A DNA stretch of 64,000 nt, taken from contig CAXXVK010000011.1 of the NCBI GenBank assembly GCA_963676915.2, forward strand, positions 64,001 to 128,000, given 5' to 3'. This DNA comes from Myxococcota bacterium (GTDB taxonomy: Bacteria > Myxococcota_A > SURF-8 > G963663525). The notes under the pieces are model-generated. The model saw nothing but the letters and a program-made list of their open reading frames with translations, ran no database searches and was not told where the DNA came from. A program made the position numbers and the translations under genes. Of this stretch, positions 28,863 to 39,227 are shown in pieces. Positions within the stretch are counted from its first letter, which is position 1. Every line of letters starts with the position of its first letter.

Positions 28863-29952
28863 TTATTTTCGCACCGATTCTTCAAGCAATTGAGTCACGT
28901 TCGCGGCAGCCTTGGGATGGGCGGCGCTTTGGACCCGTCCCGACATGTTCGCGATTTCTTCCGGATTTTCGATTCGTTCTCGTAAAAAACGCACCAATTC
29001 GGTCGCGTCGATATCCTTTTGCTCCCGTACCCAGGCCGCACCGGCTTCAACCAGTTCCGCTGCGTTGTGTACCTGATGGTTGTCCGCTGCGCCCGGAAAC
29101 GGGATCAGCAGGCTGGGACGTCCCGCGACCGCCAGTTCCGCACAGGTCGCCGCACCGGAACGCGCCACGACAAGGTGACACCACTTCAAAGCACCGGCCA
29201 TGTCATCGATAAATGCCACCGCTTCGGCGTTCAACCCGGTTTCACGGTATCGTTCGGCGACGGCTTCAAGGTCGTGTTGTCCGGTCTGGTGGCGGATCGT
29301 CAAGCGGTCTTTCATCGGTTTCAGGTCCGGGGCGGCGTCTCGAAACAGGTTGTTGATGAACGTTGCACCCTGGCTTCCACCGAGGATCAGAACCTGCAAA
29401 GGTTCTGAAATTTCACGAGTTTCCTGAGAGTCGGAGAGGAACTGGTCCAAAAACTCCTGGCGCACCGGATTGCCGGTGAGGACGGTTTTTTTTCGCATCG
29501 AACCAGCGCGCTGCGTGGCCGAAAGATACCGCCACTTTTTTGGCGAAACGACCGAGTTGGCGGTTGGTCATGCCCGGTACCGAGTTGGGTTCCAGCAGCA
29601 CCAGCGGTTTTCTCAGAAACCAGGCGGCCAGACAGACCGGCCCCGCGGCAAAACTTCCCAGGCTGAGCACGACATCGGGACGGAAACGGAGGACGATCCA
29701 CAGTCCTTGCAAAAACGCCAGAGGAAGACGCAGCAGCGAAAGCAGCGTTTTGAACAGTCCGACGCGCTTCAGACCGCTGGCCGCCGTGTATTTCACCGGA
29801 AGGTTCTGTTCGGGCAGAATGCGCGATTCGATGCCGTCGCGAGTACCGACGAACAGCACTTCATTGCCTTCCTTTTTCAGCCATTGTTTGGCTACGGCAA
29901 TCCCCGGGAAAAGATGGCCACCGGTTTTTCCACCAGCCAGCAACAGTCTCAT
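28863..29952 (-). CDS. murG: Lipid II GlcNAc transferase MurG (one +1 frameshift in A8 run at 29486-29493)
   Basis: AGGKTGGHLFPG, EPNSVPG, TGNPVR, GGSQGA, FIDDM, RSGAATCAEL and HQVHNA motifs. Confidence 0.92.
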
Positions 29953-31076
29953 CTTGCGCCTCCTTTCGGGTCCGCAACGCTGTGACGACTGATGTTGAGC
30001 AGAATCCCGAAGGCCATCAGCATCGCCACCAGAGACGATCCCCCGTGGCTGTAGAGCGGAAGAACGATGCCTTTCTGAGGGAGCAGGCCCATCACCACGC
30101 ACATATTCATCAGCGCTTGAATGCCGAACAATGCGCTGATGCCGTAGGCGGCGTACATACCGAAGAGATCTGGCGCTTTGAGTGCGATCCGCCATCCTCT
30201 GTAAACGATGAACAGATACATGGCAATCAGCGTCATGGAGCCGATGAATCCCAACTCTTGAGAAAGACTGGAAAAAATAAAGTCGCTATGCATTTGCGGA
30301 AGGAAGAAAATCTTGATGGTTCCCTGTCCGAGACCCATACCCGTCAGACCGCCGCTGCCAATGGCCATCACGGACTCTCGAAGCTGGTAATCCAGCACCG
30401 TGAGATCCTGGTTGCCGAACATGAAGCTCAACGAGCCCAGGTAATCTCTCAAACGCCGGGCGACGTGATCGAACTGCCAGGCGGCCATTCCAAGACCCAG
30501 CAACCCAATGAAAAACAGTGAAATGATGTAGGAAACCTTGGTTCCGGCAACGAACATCATCACCATCACCACGCAGCCGAGAAGCGCCGCCGTACCTACA
30601 TCGGGTTCGGGAGCGATTAGTCCCATAACGATGATCGGTACCAGCAGGAAGCGTAGAAATCCCGAGGTGAAACGCTTGAGTGCGAATTGATCTTCCAACG
30701 CCCAGCGACTCAGAGAATACGCAAGGAACAGTATGAGGGAAAATTTGGCGAATTCAGAAGGTTGAACTTTTAAGCCGAAAATTTTGATCCAGCGGGTACC
30801 GCCGTTCATCGTCGCACCCAGCGGGGTATAGACGAGGATCAGCGCAACAATGGATACTCCCAGAAGGTGGGGCGCCCAGGTTTCCCAGAAATGATAGTCC
30901 ACCTTGCTCAGCAGGCCCATAAACAACAGTCCGATCACGGCGTACAGAGATTGTGTACCCACGAAATAGAACTGGTTGCCATGGTTCTTCAGTGCGAGAA
31001 AAGCACTCGAAGAATAGACGACCAGCAGGCCGCCTGCCAGGCATAGGACGATGCCCGCCCAGAGCAGGGCATCCAT
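29949..31076 (-). CDS. ftsW: SEDS peptidoglycan polymerase FtsW
   Basis: GGTRWI, QPSEFAK, EPDVG, AIGSGG, HSDFIF, EELG-like QELG and SHGGSS motifs. Start may lie a few codons upstream. Confidence 0.93.
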   Translation of the reverse strand: MDALLWAGIVLCLAGGLLVVYSSSAFLALKNHGNQFYFVGTQSLYAVIGLLFMGLLSKVDYHFWETWAPHLLGVSIVALILVYTPLGATMNGGTRWIKIFGLKVQPSEFAKFSLILFLAYSLSRWALEDQFALKRFTSGFLRFLLVPIIVMGLIAPEPDVGTAALLGCVVMVMMFVAGTKVSYIISLFFIGLLGLGMAAWQFDHVARRLRDYLGSLSFMFGNQDLTVLDYQLRESVMAIGSGGLTGMGLGQGTIKIFFLPQMHSDFIFSSLSQELGFIGSMTLIAMYLFIVYRGWRIALKAPDLFGMYAAYGISALFGIQALMNMCVVMGLLPQKGIVLPLYSHGGSSLVAMLMAFGILLNISRHSVADPKGGAR

Positions 31077-31105
31077 GGAACGTTCTTTTTCCAACCAACC
31101 ACTCC

Positions 31106-32198
31106 CTAGAGGTTGAATTTCAGCTTCAGGCTCGCAAGGCCGACAATGGCCAAGATGATCGAGATAATCCAAAGCCTCACCACAACCTTGGGCTCCGCCC
31201 AGCCCTTCAATTCAAGACTGTGGTGAAATGGGGCCATTCTAAAAATACGTTTGCCCGTCAATTTGAAACTTCCAACTTGCAAAACCACGGAAATCACTTC
31301 GAAAACGAAAATTCCACCGACAACCACCATCAACAGTTCCTGCTTGGTCAAAAAAGCCAGAACGCCCAAAGCCGAACCGATAGTCAGGCTACCTACATCC
31401 CCCATAAAAACCTGTGCGGGGTAGGTGTTGTACCAGAGAAAAGCCAGGCAGGCACCGAAGAGTGCCCCGGCGAACACGGCTAGCTCGCCAGCGCCCGGAA
31501 CGTAAACCACGTTGAGGAACTGAGCGAACTTGATGTTACCTGCCAAATACGCGAGAATCATGAATACGATCGTGGTGGCCATGGCCGGTCCCCAAAGCCA
31601 GACCGTCAAGGCCGTCCGTGAGGTTTACGGCGTTGGCCGTTCCGGCGATGACAATGGCCGCAAACGGGACATACATCCACAATGGTATGTTAGTAATCGG
31701 ATTCCAGACGAACGGCACCTGGAGATCGTTGGCGAAGTCGGTCAGGGTAAACAGCAGCAGTGCGGCGACGGCGGTAATCAGCAACTCCAGTCCCAGGCGC
31801 AGTTTGCCCGAGATTCCCTTGGAGTTGTTTTTCGAGACTTTCATCCAGTCGTCCCACAGACCCAACACGCCGAACGAACCTGTGACCAGCATAGCGATCC
31901 AGGTGTAGGCATTGTCCAACCGTGCCCAGAGAAACGTAGAGCACAGCAAGGAAGCCAGGATCAACGTTCCGCCCATTGTCGGGGTTCCGGCTTTGGAAAG
32001 ATGAGACTGCGGGCCGTCGTCTCGAATGGCCTGCCCGTACTGTCGGCGCTTCAGGTCGCGAATCATCACCGGGGAAAGCAGGAATGTAATCAACAACGCC
32101 GTCAGTGCTCCGCCAGCCGTGCGAACCGTAATATACTGGAAGACGCGAAGCGCCGTTTCATCCCCACCGAACAGTTGATATAGAATATGGTAAAGCAT
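31106..32198 (-). CDS. mraY: Phospho-N-acetylmuramoyl-pentapeptide transferase (one +1 frameshift at ~31590-31593)
   Basis: [33 protein letters not shown] and FRMAPFHH motifs. Confidence 0.93.
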
Positions 32199-33601
32199 CA
32201 GTCCCCGTGTTCCGTACTCTCGTTTTCGAGAGCTTCGACAACGCGTTCCATTTTCGTCGAACGCGATCCTTTGATCAGTATCCAGTCTTCGGGCGCAATA
32301 AACGCCGTCAATTCTTCGGTCAAATCCTCCATCTTTGCGAAAGAATGAACGTTTTCCGCAGGCAATCCCGCGTCACGAGCGCCTTTGGCGATATCCTCGG
32401 CGTGTTCACCGTAGGCGAAAACGTGGTCTGCCCGATACGCCACGGCTTGGTGACCGAGCCGTTCGTGCAGTGCGCCGGATTGTTCGCCCAATTCTTTCAT
32501 ATCGCCCAGAACCGCCACTTTTCGCGCTTCTCCGGCGGCTTCGGACAAGTAGTTGAGTGCAGCCGCCATGGACGACGGATTGGCGTTGTAGGTGTCGTCG
32601 ATGACCGTGATTTCATTGGAAAGTTCGAGCGTTTTCAGGCGGCTGCCCGGAACGGAGACGGACGCAAGACCCGGCAGCAGATCGTCCAGATTCAGTCCCG
32701 CCGCGATTATGGCCGCGAAAGCTGCCAGCGCGTTGGCAACGTTATGTTTTCCCGGAAGCGGTATTTCCGTGCGGTAAACCTTCAGCCCGGCGAGAAATTC
32801 GATCCGGGTGGAGTCGCGTCCCAAATCTACATGGGTCGCAAGGATGTGGGCTTCGGGATTGTTTAACGAAAACGTAACCTTGCGGCAACTCGTCCGGTAG
32901 GACTGATCCATGACCCGTGAGTCGTCGAGGTTTGCAACGGCGACAGCACCCTCGGGAAGCCCTTCGAAAAGCTCTCCTTTGGCGCGAGCCACACCATCGA
33001 TGGTTTTTAGTCCTTCGAGATGAGCTTCCGTCACATTGAGCACGATTCCGATATCGGGACGCAGAATTTCGGTTTGACGCGCCAGTTCGCCTTCGGCATT
33101 CATGCCGCATTCGACCACGGCAAAGCGCTCGGTCGAGAGTCTCAGCAAGGTTTTCGGAACCCCGATGAGATTGTTGTAATTTTTCTCGGTTTTGAGCGTT
33201 TCATATTTGGCCGACAGCAGCGAAGCCAGAATTTCCTTGGTTGTGGTTTTTCCCGAGGAACCTGTCAGGGCGAATGCTGTTACGCCCGTACGTGCCCGAT
33301 GGAACGCGGCAAGGTCGCCATAGGCAACGAGGGAATCCGGGACGAAAAACAGTGGTGCGTTTTCAGGCAGGGTGGAGGTGTCGAATCCTTCTTCCACCAT
33401 GGCTCCGACGGCTCCGTTGTCCAGCGCTTGTCGGACGAAAGCGTGACCGTCGAAGGTATCGCCTTTGATCGCAACGAACAGGACTCCGGGACGGATATGG
33501 CGGGAATCGGTACTGATTCCGACAACATCGGCGACAGATCCGCGTGCACGCGCACCCGTGGCGTCGATGATGTTTTGTACACTGAAAACCGGGCCGTTCA
33601 T
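32198..33601 (-). CDS. murF: UDP-MurNAc-tripeptide--D-Ala-D-Ala ligase
   Basis: TDSR, TGSSGKTTTKE, NNLIGVP, DDTYNANPSSM, LGDMKELG and KGSR motifs. Confidence 0.95.
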   Translation of the reverse strand: MNGPVFSVQNIIDATGARARGSVADVVGISTDSRHIRPGVLFVAIKGDTFDGHAFVRQALDNGAVGAMVEEGFDTSTLPENAPLFFVPDSLVAYGDLAAFHRARTGVTAFALTGSSGKTTTKEILASLLSAKYETLKTEKNYNNLIGVPKTLLRLSTERFAVVECGMNAEGELARQTEILRPDIGIVLNVTEAHLEGLKTIDGVARAKGELFEGLPEGAVAVANLDDSRVMDQSYRTSCRKVTFSLNNPEAHILATHVDLGRDSTRIEFLAGLKVYRTEIPLPGKHNVANALAAFAAIIAAGLNLDDLLPGLASVSVPGSRLKTLELSNEITVIDDTYNANPSSMAAALNYLSEAAGEARKVAVLGDMKELGEQSGALHERLGHQAVAYRADHVFAYGEHAEDIAKGARDAGLPAENVHSFAKMEDLTEELTAFIAPEDWILIKGSRSTKMERVVEALENESTEHGD

Positions 33602-35139
33602 GCGTTCCGCTCCCGTATTTCCAAGGCTTTCGCCGCAACTTCCCGATCGTCGAAGTGGCGTTTTTCCCGCCCGACGATCTGATAATCTTCATGTCCCTTA
33701 CCCGAAATCAACACTGCGTCACCCGGTTTGGCCCAAGCGATGGCTTCGATGATGGCTTGTTCCCGATCTTCGATAACCGCATAGCCTTTTTCAGCGTCGC
33801 AGCCTTCGGATAACGTCTCGAAACGATGGAGGTTTTCTTCTTGTACGCCCGCTTCGACCTGTTCGAGAATTTTGAACGGATCTTCGGTGCGGGGGTTGTC
33901 GGAGGTGACCATCACCAAGTCCGCCAGCTTTGCGGCGGTGCGTCCCATCGGAGCGCGTTTGGAGGCATCGCGGTCGCCGCCGCAACCCATTACGGAGATC
34001 ACACGACTCGTTCCGGCTTGTGCGCGCAATTCTTCCAAGGCTTTTTCGAGTGAATCCGCCGTATGCGAGTAATCCACGAAAACGTGAATCGACTCGTGGG
34101 GAACGCGCTCCATGCGACCCGGAATGTTCGTGCAGGTCGAAACCGCCTGTACGGCGTCCTGGAAATTCTCGCCCAACGCCAGCGCCGCTGCGATGGCTTG
34201 CGAGGAATTCGAAAGATGGAACCGGCCGACAAGTGGCAGTGCCAAACGGGCGGATTGTCCGGCAAAATGAAGGATTCCCGTAACTTCGCGCAGGTTGCAG
34301 TCACCTGGTTCGATGGCGAGTTCAGCGCCTTTGAGGGGCAGCGTCGCGACGCGATATACTGGCCCTTCGAAGCCTTCGACCATATTTTCTCCCCTGGGAT
34401 CGTCCAGGTTGGTAACGGCTGCTGCGGGTTTTCCGCCTTCGGGGAGAACGTGCGTGAAAAGGATCTGTTTGGCGCGAAAATAATCTTCCTGATCGTGATG
34501 GTAATCCAGATGGTCCGAAGCGAGGTTCGTGAAGGCTCCTACGTCGAAGGCAACGCCTCGTGCGCGTCCCTGATCGAGAGCGTGCGAACTGACTTCGCAG
34601 ACCACGACATCCACTCCGTCCGCAAGCATTCGAGCGAGAATGCGTTGGAATTCCACCGGACCGGGTGTGGTGGTCGGGGCGGGAAGTTCGGTTCCCGGCC
34701 AACGATAAGCCACAGTGCCGATAATGCCCACCGTGTGTCCCAGAACAGTCATGATCGCTTCGAACAGGTACGTAAACGAGCTTTTGCCGTTGGTGCCGGT
34801 GACGGCGACCATTTTCAGTTTTTTGGAGGGATCACCGAAGAAGCGCGCCGCCATATGGGATACAAGTTGCCGGAGGTTTTCCAGAACGATAATCGGCACT
34901 TGGGTGTCGATTTCCACGGAACGTTCCGCCAGCACCATCACCGCACCGTTTTCAATGGCTTTACCGATGTAATCGTGTCCGTCCGCAAGGTGTCCCTTGG
35001 TTGCGATGAAAAGGCTTCCCGGTCGGGCAAGGCGGGAGTCGTCCACGACATCAAGAATGTCGAGTTCTCCGGCCGCACCGGAAAGAGTCATCCAAGGTTT
35101 CAATAGCTTCGACGAATTCACGTTACAACCTCTCGGCAT
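33598..35139 (-). CDS. murE: UDP-MurNAc-dipeptide--meso-DAP ligase
   Basis: VTGTNGKS, EVSSHALDQ, DHLDYH, GCGGDRD, DNPR (DAP specificity) and GKGHEDYQ. Start is ATG 35139 or GTG 35121. Confidence 0.95.
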   Translation of the reverse strand: MPRGCNVNSSKLLKPWMTLSGAAGELDILDVVDDSRLARPGSLFIATKGHLADGHDYIGKAIENGAVMVLAERSVEIDTQVPIIVLENLRQLVSHMAARFFGDPSKKLKMVAVTGTNGKSSFTYLFEAIMTVLGHTVGIIGTVAYRWPGTELPAPTTTPGPVEFQRILARMLADGVDVVVCEVSSHALDQGRARGVAFDVGAFTNLASDHLDYHHDQEDYFRAKQILFTHVLPEGGKPAAAVTNLDDPRGENMVEGFEGPVYRVATLPLKGAELAIEPGDCNLREVTGILHFAGQSARLALPLVGRFHLSNSSQAIAAALALGENFQDAVQAVSTCTNIPGRMERVPHESIHVFVDYSHTADSLEKALEELRAQAGTSRVISVMGCGGDRDASKRAPMGRTAAKLADLVMVTSDNPRTEDPFKILEQVEAGVQEENLHRFETLSEGCDAEKGYAVIEDREQAIIEAIAWAKPGDAVLISGKGHEDYQIVGREKRHFDDREVAAKALEIRERNA

Positions 35140-36898
35140 ATGCCGCGCCCTCTTCGGAGTCTTTTGGCTCGTTGGGGCGAATTCCACGTAGTTGCATGAT
35201 TTTGCTGGCGATTTTAGAAAACGCGGGACCGGCAACTTCCGATCCGTAGTACGCGCCTTTTTTCGGTTCGTCGATCATCACCACCAGCACGATCTCGGGA
35301 TTTTCGGCTGGAAGAAAACCGACGAACGACGAAACCCAATGTTTTTTCGAATACTTGCCAGTGGCAGGGTCGATCTTCTGGGCCGTTCCGGTTTTTCCTG
35401 CCACGGTATAACCCGGAACTTTGATCTCTGCGCCGGTGCCTTCCGGTCCCATGACGTCGACCATCATGTTCGTGACGATGGCAGCGGTCTTTTGTGAAAA
35501 CACGCGGTAGCTTTTCGCTTTCTGTTTCCAACTCTGGTCTTCGATCGGTTTCAGATCCGGTCCAAGCACGTTGCGGATCAGCGTGGGCGGGACGATCACG
35601 CCACCGTTGGCGATAGCGGCGACCGCTTTGGCCAGTTGCAGCGGTGTAACGCTCAATCCCTGACCGAAACCCAGTATCGCCAAATCGGCCGGTTGCCATT
35701 TGGTCCACTTGTTGAGCAGTCCCTTGTTTTCGCCGTTGGCTTCGATGCCGGTCGGTTTTCCGAAACCAAAAGCTTCGAAAGCAAACGCAAGTTTTTGCGC
35801 TCCCATCGTTTCCGCAAGTTTCGCACAACCGATGTTGCTGGAAACGACCACGATGTCATGGAGGGTCATCCAACCATGTTTGGAGGTGTCGTGGATCGTC
35901 GTTCCCGGAACATCGTAGGCTCCGTTTTCGCAATAAAAAATCGTTTGCGGACCGGCTAGCCCGAATTCGATGGCGGCGGCGACGTTGAGAACTTTGATGG
36001 TGGAACCGGGTTCCAGAGCGTGTTCGATGGTGAAGTTGTGCAGGTTGGGCACGTCTTGTTCGCGGATGTCGTTTCCATTGAAGCCGGGATACTGAGCCAT
36101 AAGCAGGATGTCGCCGGTGCGTGGATCGAGTCCCACGGCGAGGGCGCGGTCCGCACCGTGTTGCTCGTGTGTCTCTTTGAGCGCTTTTTCGGCAAAATAC
36201 TGGAAATTTCGGTCCAATGTGAGAACGACGTGACGTCCCTGGGGAACGTCGAGGTCCAGATCTTTGGAACCGGCAGCCACGTTTCCACGGGGATTTTTGA
36301 TTCCCGGTTGCTTGAGGCTTTCACCGCGAAGCCACTTGTCCATCTTGCTTTCGATGCCCATTTTCGGGAGCATCTCGATGTTGGTGAACCCGAGAACGGG
36401 AGCCGCCAGGTGGTTTCCCGAATAAATCCGGCGTACTTCGGTTCGAAGGCCCAGGCCGTCGAACTCGGTTTTGCCGGTCAATTGCTTGACGATCGTTTCG
36501 AAGCGCTGGGCTTCGTCGTCTTCGAGGCGACGTTGCAGCCAGGCGAAGGTTTTTTTCGAGTCGAGCAGTTTTTCCACCCGTTTGGAACGTTTTCCCAAAA
36601 AAGTAGCCATGATGGCTTTGGCCATGTCCGGGTCTTTGATCATCGACGGGTGGGCGTAGATCGACGAAACCCGCTTGCTCACGGCCATTTCGGTCATGTT
36701 GCGGTCAAAGATCGTTCCTCTTAGCGGAGCGATCGAAAGGTCTTTGCTGGTTTGTTCCAGAACCGCCGTTTTATATCGGTCGGAATCGGCGATTTGCAAT
36801 TTGTATAGACGATACGAGACGACACCGTAGCCAACAGCGATCAGAGCACCCACGATCAGGATGCGAATTTGCATGTTGTAAACGATGGAAGCACGCAT
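35123..36898 (-). CDS. ftsI: Penicillin-binding protein 3 (transpeptidase)
   Basis: N-terminal TM, RGTIFDRN, EPGSTIK (SxxK), SSN (SxN) and GKTGTAQK (KTG). Confidence 0.95.
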   Translation of the reverse strand: MRASIVYNMQIRILIVGALIAVGYGVVSYRLYKLQIADSDRYKTAVLEQTSKDLSIAPLRGTIFDRNMTEMAVSKRVSSIYAHPSMIKDPDMAKAIMATFLGKRSKRVEKLLDSKKTFAWLQRRLEDDEAQRFETIVKQLTGKTEFDGLGLRTEVRRIYSGNHLAAPVLGFTNIEMLPKMGIESKMDKWLRGESLKQPGIKNPRGNVAAGSKDLDLDVPQGRHVVLTLDRNFQYFAEKALKETHEQHGADRALAVGLDPRTGDILLMAQYPGFNGNDIREQDVPNLHNFTIEHALEPGSTIKVLNVAAAIEFGLAGPQTIFYCENGAYDVPGTTIHDTSKHGWMTLHDIVVVSSNIGCAKLAETMGAQKLAFAFEAFGFGKPTGIEANGENKGLLNKWTKWQPADLAILGFGQGLSVTPLQLAKAVAAIANGGVIVPPTLIRNVLGPDLKPIEDQSWKQKAKSYRVFSQKTAAIVTNMMVDVMGPEGTGAEIKVPGYTVAGKTGTAQKIDPATGKYSKKHWVSSFVGFLPAENPEIVLVVMIDEPKKGAYYGSEVAGPAFSKIASKIMQLRGIRPNEPKDSEEGAAYAERL

Positions 36899-37410
36899 CA
36901 GTTGATCATTCTCTCCCTGGGCAGTGTAACGACCGACGCCGGTTCGGGAACCCGCATTCCGTACCGAATCGCTTCGGCTTCGATTCTGTTGATCGGTGCA
37001 AGCTCGTGCACGTCGGCGAGGTATTCCTGGGTCTCTTGAAGCAGGCGTTTTTCCTGCTTTTGCAGTGTCGAAATTTCAAAGCCGAGGCGGCGTTGCTCGG
37101 TATGGGTCCAGGTCAGGAACATCGCGCTCGCCAATAGCAAAAGCACTGCCACGAGGAATGAGGCGTAACCGCTGTGCAGCAAGTTCGAAACGAACGAACG
37201 GTTGTTGCTGGCGATGTCCATGTCCTTCCGGGACGGCTTTGCCGGCTCTCGGGGAATTTCCGGTGCGAGGGAAAGAGGCGTGAAAACGGGTGCATCAAAG
37301 CCCGCCGATTCGTTTTGTCGTACCCGGACCAGTTGCCGTGCGGCGACGACACCGGGACCGGAAATCACGATTCGAGCCGATTTTCTGGGATTGGTGCTTG
37401 AGTTAGTCAT
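36898..37410 (-). CDS. ftsL: Cell division protein FtsL with long N-terminal extension
   Basis: Position between rsmH and ftsI. Single TM, leucine-zipper coil and RIEAEA...GMRVP. Confidence 0.8.
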   Translation of the reverse strand: MTNSSTNPRKSARIVISGPGVVAARQLVRVRQNESAGFDAPVFTPLSLAPEIPREPAKPSRKDMDIASNNRSFVSNLLHSGYASFLVAVLLLLASAMFLTWTHTEQRRLGFEISTLQKQEKRLLQETQEYLADVHELAPINRIEAEAIRYGMRVPEPASVVTLPRERMIN

Positions 37411-37413
37411 GAT

Positions 37414-38397
37414 TCACCTCTTGCATACCACCCTCAGTTTCGCACTGCGGGATCTCGGATTGGCGTCGACTTCTTCCGAAGTCGGCGTTACGGGTTTCGG
37501 AGTCAGTACTTCGACCAGAGCTTCCCGGTCGTATCCCGGTACTGGCAGTCCCGGAGGACCGTCCTGGCGACGGGTCCATTCTTTGATGGCGTTGCGGACC
37601 ATGCGGTCTTCCAGCGAATGGAAGCTGATGACGGCCAGTCGTCCGCCGGGGGCCAGTATGTCGAGCACGTTTTCCAGAAAACGTTCCAGGTTTTCAAGTT
37701 CTTGGTTGAGGAGCATCCTCAGCGCCATGAAGGTTTTGGTGGCGACGTGGATTTTCTGTGGCCAGAATTTTCGCGGTACTGCCGAAGCCACGACATTGGC
37801 GAGGTCTTCGGTCGTCGCGAGTTTCCCCTCGGCCATTTCCCGCTTGATCGCTTCGGCGATGCGACGGGCGAAACGCTCTTCTCCCAGTCTGCCGATGGCT
37901 TTTGTCAAATCTTTGGCGCTTTTTTTGCCGAGAAGATCCAACAATTGCTGCTTTTGATCGCGATCCATACGCATGTCGAGCGGACCCGAGCGCTGGAACG
38001 AAAAACCGCGCTCGGCTTCGTCGAGTTGGAACGAGCTGACGCCCAGGTCGATGACGATACCCTGAACCTTGCCGCGTTCTTCCGGCAGCAGCAGGCTGGC
38101 GATATCGGCGAAATTCCCATGCCGGGCTTCGAAACGCGATCCGAAGCGTTGCAATCGCTCAACGGCTCGTTTCAACGCGATCCTGTCTCGGTCGATCCCG
38201 ATCAATTTCCCGAAATCGTTGAGCATTTCGAGAATCATTTCGGAGTGTCCGCCTCCGCCCAGAGTCGCGTCTAGGTACAAGCCGTCCGGCTGCACATCGA
38301 GAAAGCGGACGCTTTGGGTTTTCAGTACCGTGACGTGGCGCGGCGAACCGGCCATAGGTTCGGGAGACTGACAAGGATTGTTCCAAGGAGCCATCAT
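37414..38397 (-). CDS. rsmH: 16S rRNA m4C1402 methyltransferase
   Basis: HVTVL, DATLGGGGHS, DLGVSSFQLD, GPLDMRMD, ISFHSLEDR and NPRSRSAKLR motifs. Confidence 0.96.
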   Translation of the reverse strand: MMAPWNNPCQSPEPMAGSPRHVTVLKTQSVRFLDVQPDGLYLDATLGGGGHSEMILEMLNDFGKLIGIDRDRIALKRAVERLQRFGSRFEARHGNFADIASLLLPEERGKVQGIVIDLGVSSFQLDEAERGFSFQRSGPLDMRMDRDQKQQLLDLLGKKSAKDLTKAIGRLGEERFARRIAEAIKREMAEGKLATTEDLANVVASAVPRKFWPQKIHVATKTFMALRMLLNQELENLERFLENVLDILAPGGRLAVISFHSLEDRMVRNAIKEWTRRQDGPPGLPVPGYDREALVEVLTPKPVTPTSEEVDANPRSRSAKLRVVCKR

Positions 38398-39227
38398 TTC
38401 TCACCTCCTTCTCCCGGTGTCGTTCCCGGAGGAGTACCTTGCGGAACTCCCGGTGGAGCGGGGGGGAAAGGCGGTGCGCCCGGAGCGGGAGGTTGCGTCG
38501 GCCATGCAGGCGCTGCCTGTGGCCAGGGCTGCGGAATCGCCATAGGTTGCTGAGGAGCATACGGATAAGCGGCATTTGGCGGCCAGCCTTGTTGTTGCGG
38601 GTATTGTCCCGGCCAGGCGGCGGCTTGGGGTGGCGGATATCCTGCGGCTTGCTGTGGGTAATAGGCGGGAGCCGCGCCACCCTGTGGCGATCCCGAACCC
38701 GGCATCGGCGCCGGTCCGGGGTTCATCGGCGGCGGAGTTTGGGTTCCGCGACGATGATTTTCCCTCAAGGCCCGCAAATAGGCGGGAGCCGAGGGGGTGA
38801 TGTTCTGGTAATCCTGCTCGGCCATACGGACGGTCCAAAGCTCGGCGTATTCTCCGACGCCGACCCAGGAAATTTCTTCCCGATCGGTCAGATGCAGAGC
38901 GGAACGGATGGAGGCCGAAAGCGTGACGCGCCCCTGTTGATCGATGCTGGCTTTCATGTGTTTACCCACGTAATGGCGGTAAAACACGGTGCGGAGTTCG
39001 TCGTCAGGAGCGGTCTCGACCAGATCCATTTGCTCCTGCCAACCATCCAGGGGCCAGGCTTCGATATGTCGGGGCTGGGACAGACTGGGAACGAGGACGA
39101 GCTGGCTTTGCCCGCGTTCGCGTAGATCTTTCAGGAACGGAGCCGGGAAGCTCGCCCTATGCTTTAGATCTACCTGGAAGGGATACGATCCCCACCAGTT
39201 GATTTTTTTTGTCGTTTCATCGGCCAC
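38394..39227 (-). CDS. mraZ: Transcriptional regulator MraZ with Pro/Gln-rich C-terminal extension
   Basis: First gene of dcw cluster. Two AbrB-like repeats (VDLKHRASFP, IDQQGRVTL) and VGVGEYAELW. Confidence 0.85.
   Translation of the reverse strand: MADETTKKINWWGSYPFQVDLKHRASFPAPFLKDLRERGQSQLVLVPSLSQPRHIEAWPLDGWQEQMDLVETAPDDELRTVFYRHYVGKHMKASIDQQGRVTLSASIRSALHLTDREEISWVGVGEYAELWTVRMAEQDYQNITPSAPAYLRALRENHRRGTQTPPPMNPGPAPMPGSGSPQGGAAPAYYPQQAAGYPPPQAAAWPGQYPQQQGWPPNAAYPYAPQQPMAIPQPWPQAAPAWPTQPPAPGAPPFPPAPPGVPQGTPPGTTPGEGGEK

Noticed and set aside
26448-32198. Pseudogenisation of peptidoglycan genes (wall-less lifestyle)
   Set aside because: The resolved lesions are +1 homopolymer indels, catalytic motifs are intact, and flanking mur/fts/pal genes are whole. 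Sequencing error is more likely.
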